Assembly: GCA_035084275.1 (NCBI GenBank)
Contig: CM068745.1
Span: 14,694,001-14,758,000 of the forward strand
Direction: 5' to 3'
DNA from: Hydrolagus colliei
Lineage: Eukaryota
DNA: 64,000 bases
Shown here: positions 63,772 to 64,000 of the stretch, in pieces
Numbering within the stretch: the first letter of the stretch is position 1
Layout of the letters: each line of letters opens with the position of its first letter
Position numbers and translations under genes: made by a program
Notes under the pieces: generated by a model
Database searches by the model: none
The model's input: only the letters and a program-made list of their open reading frames with translations
What the model was told of the DNA's origin: nothing

Positions 63772-63943
63772 NNNNNNNNNNNNNNNNNNNNNNNNNNNNN
63801 NNNNNNNNNNNNNNNNNNNNNNNNNNNNNNNNNNNNNNNNNNNNNNNNNNNNNNNNNNNNNNNNNNNNNNNNNNNNNNNNNNNNNNNNNNNNNNNNNNNN
63901 NNNNNNNNNNNNNNNNNNNNNNNNNNNNNNNNNNNNNNNNNNN
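63772..63943. other. Assembly gap (172 N) flanked by GC-rich (CCTG/CT)n low-complexity sequence
   Basis: Run of n in the sequence. Confidence 1.
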
Positions 63944-64000
63944 CGGCCTGCCTCTCTCCCTCTCTCTCTCCCTGCCTGCCTGCCTGTCTGCTTCCCTCCC

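Overview
This is AT-rich vertebrate genomic DNA. The repeat content (tRNA-headed SINE with L2-like tail, Deu-domain SINEs, LF-SINE-like relics, CR1/L2 LINE 3' ends) points to a cartilaginous fish, probably a holocephalan; the taxon is inference. One multi-exon gene on the minus strand dominates the window. I reconstructed 13 coding exons by hand (61908 down to the stop at 25258; 3451 nt, all GT-AG, all phases compatible). They encode an ARHGAP20-type PH-RA-RhoGAP protein whose tail carries TAGAP-like motifs and ends in ESYV. The N-terminal exon(s) were not found in the window. The rest is intronic or intergenic and full of often nested retroposons, plus TA-flanked MITEs, degenerate Gypsy pol relics and a possible IS3EU-like transposase relic in two inverted copies. 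The most unusual element is an intronic 254-bp TSD-flanked palindromic insertion (31510-31763) whose arms each carry a minimal hammerhead-ribozyme-like core of Penelope type. Almost all short ORFs in the track are repeat-derived or chance. An assembly gap lies at 63772-63943. All family assignments are from recall, not database searches. I found no clearly new multi-gene system.
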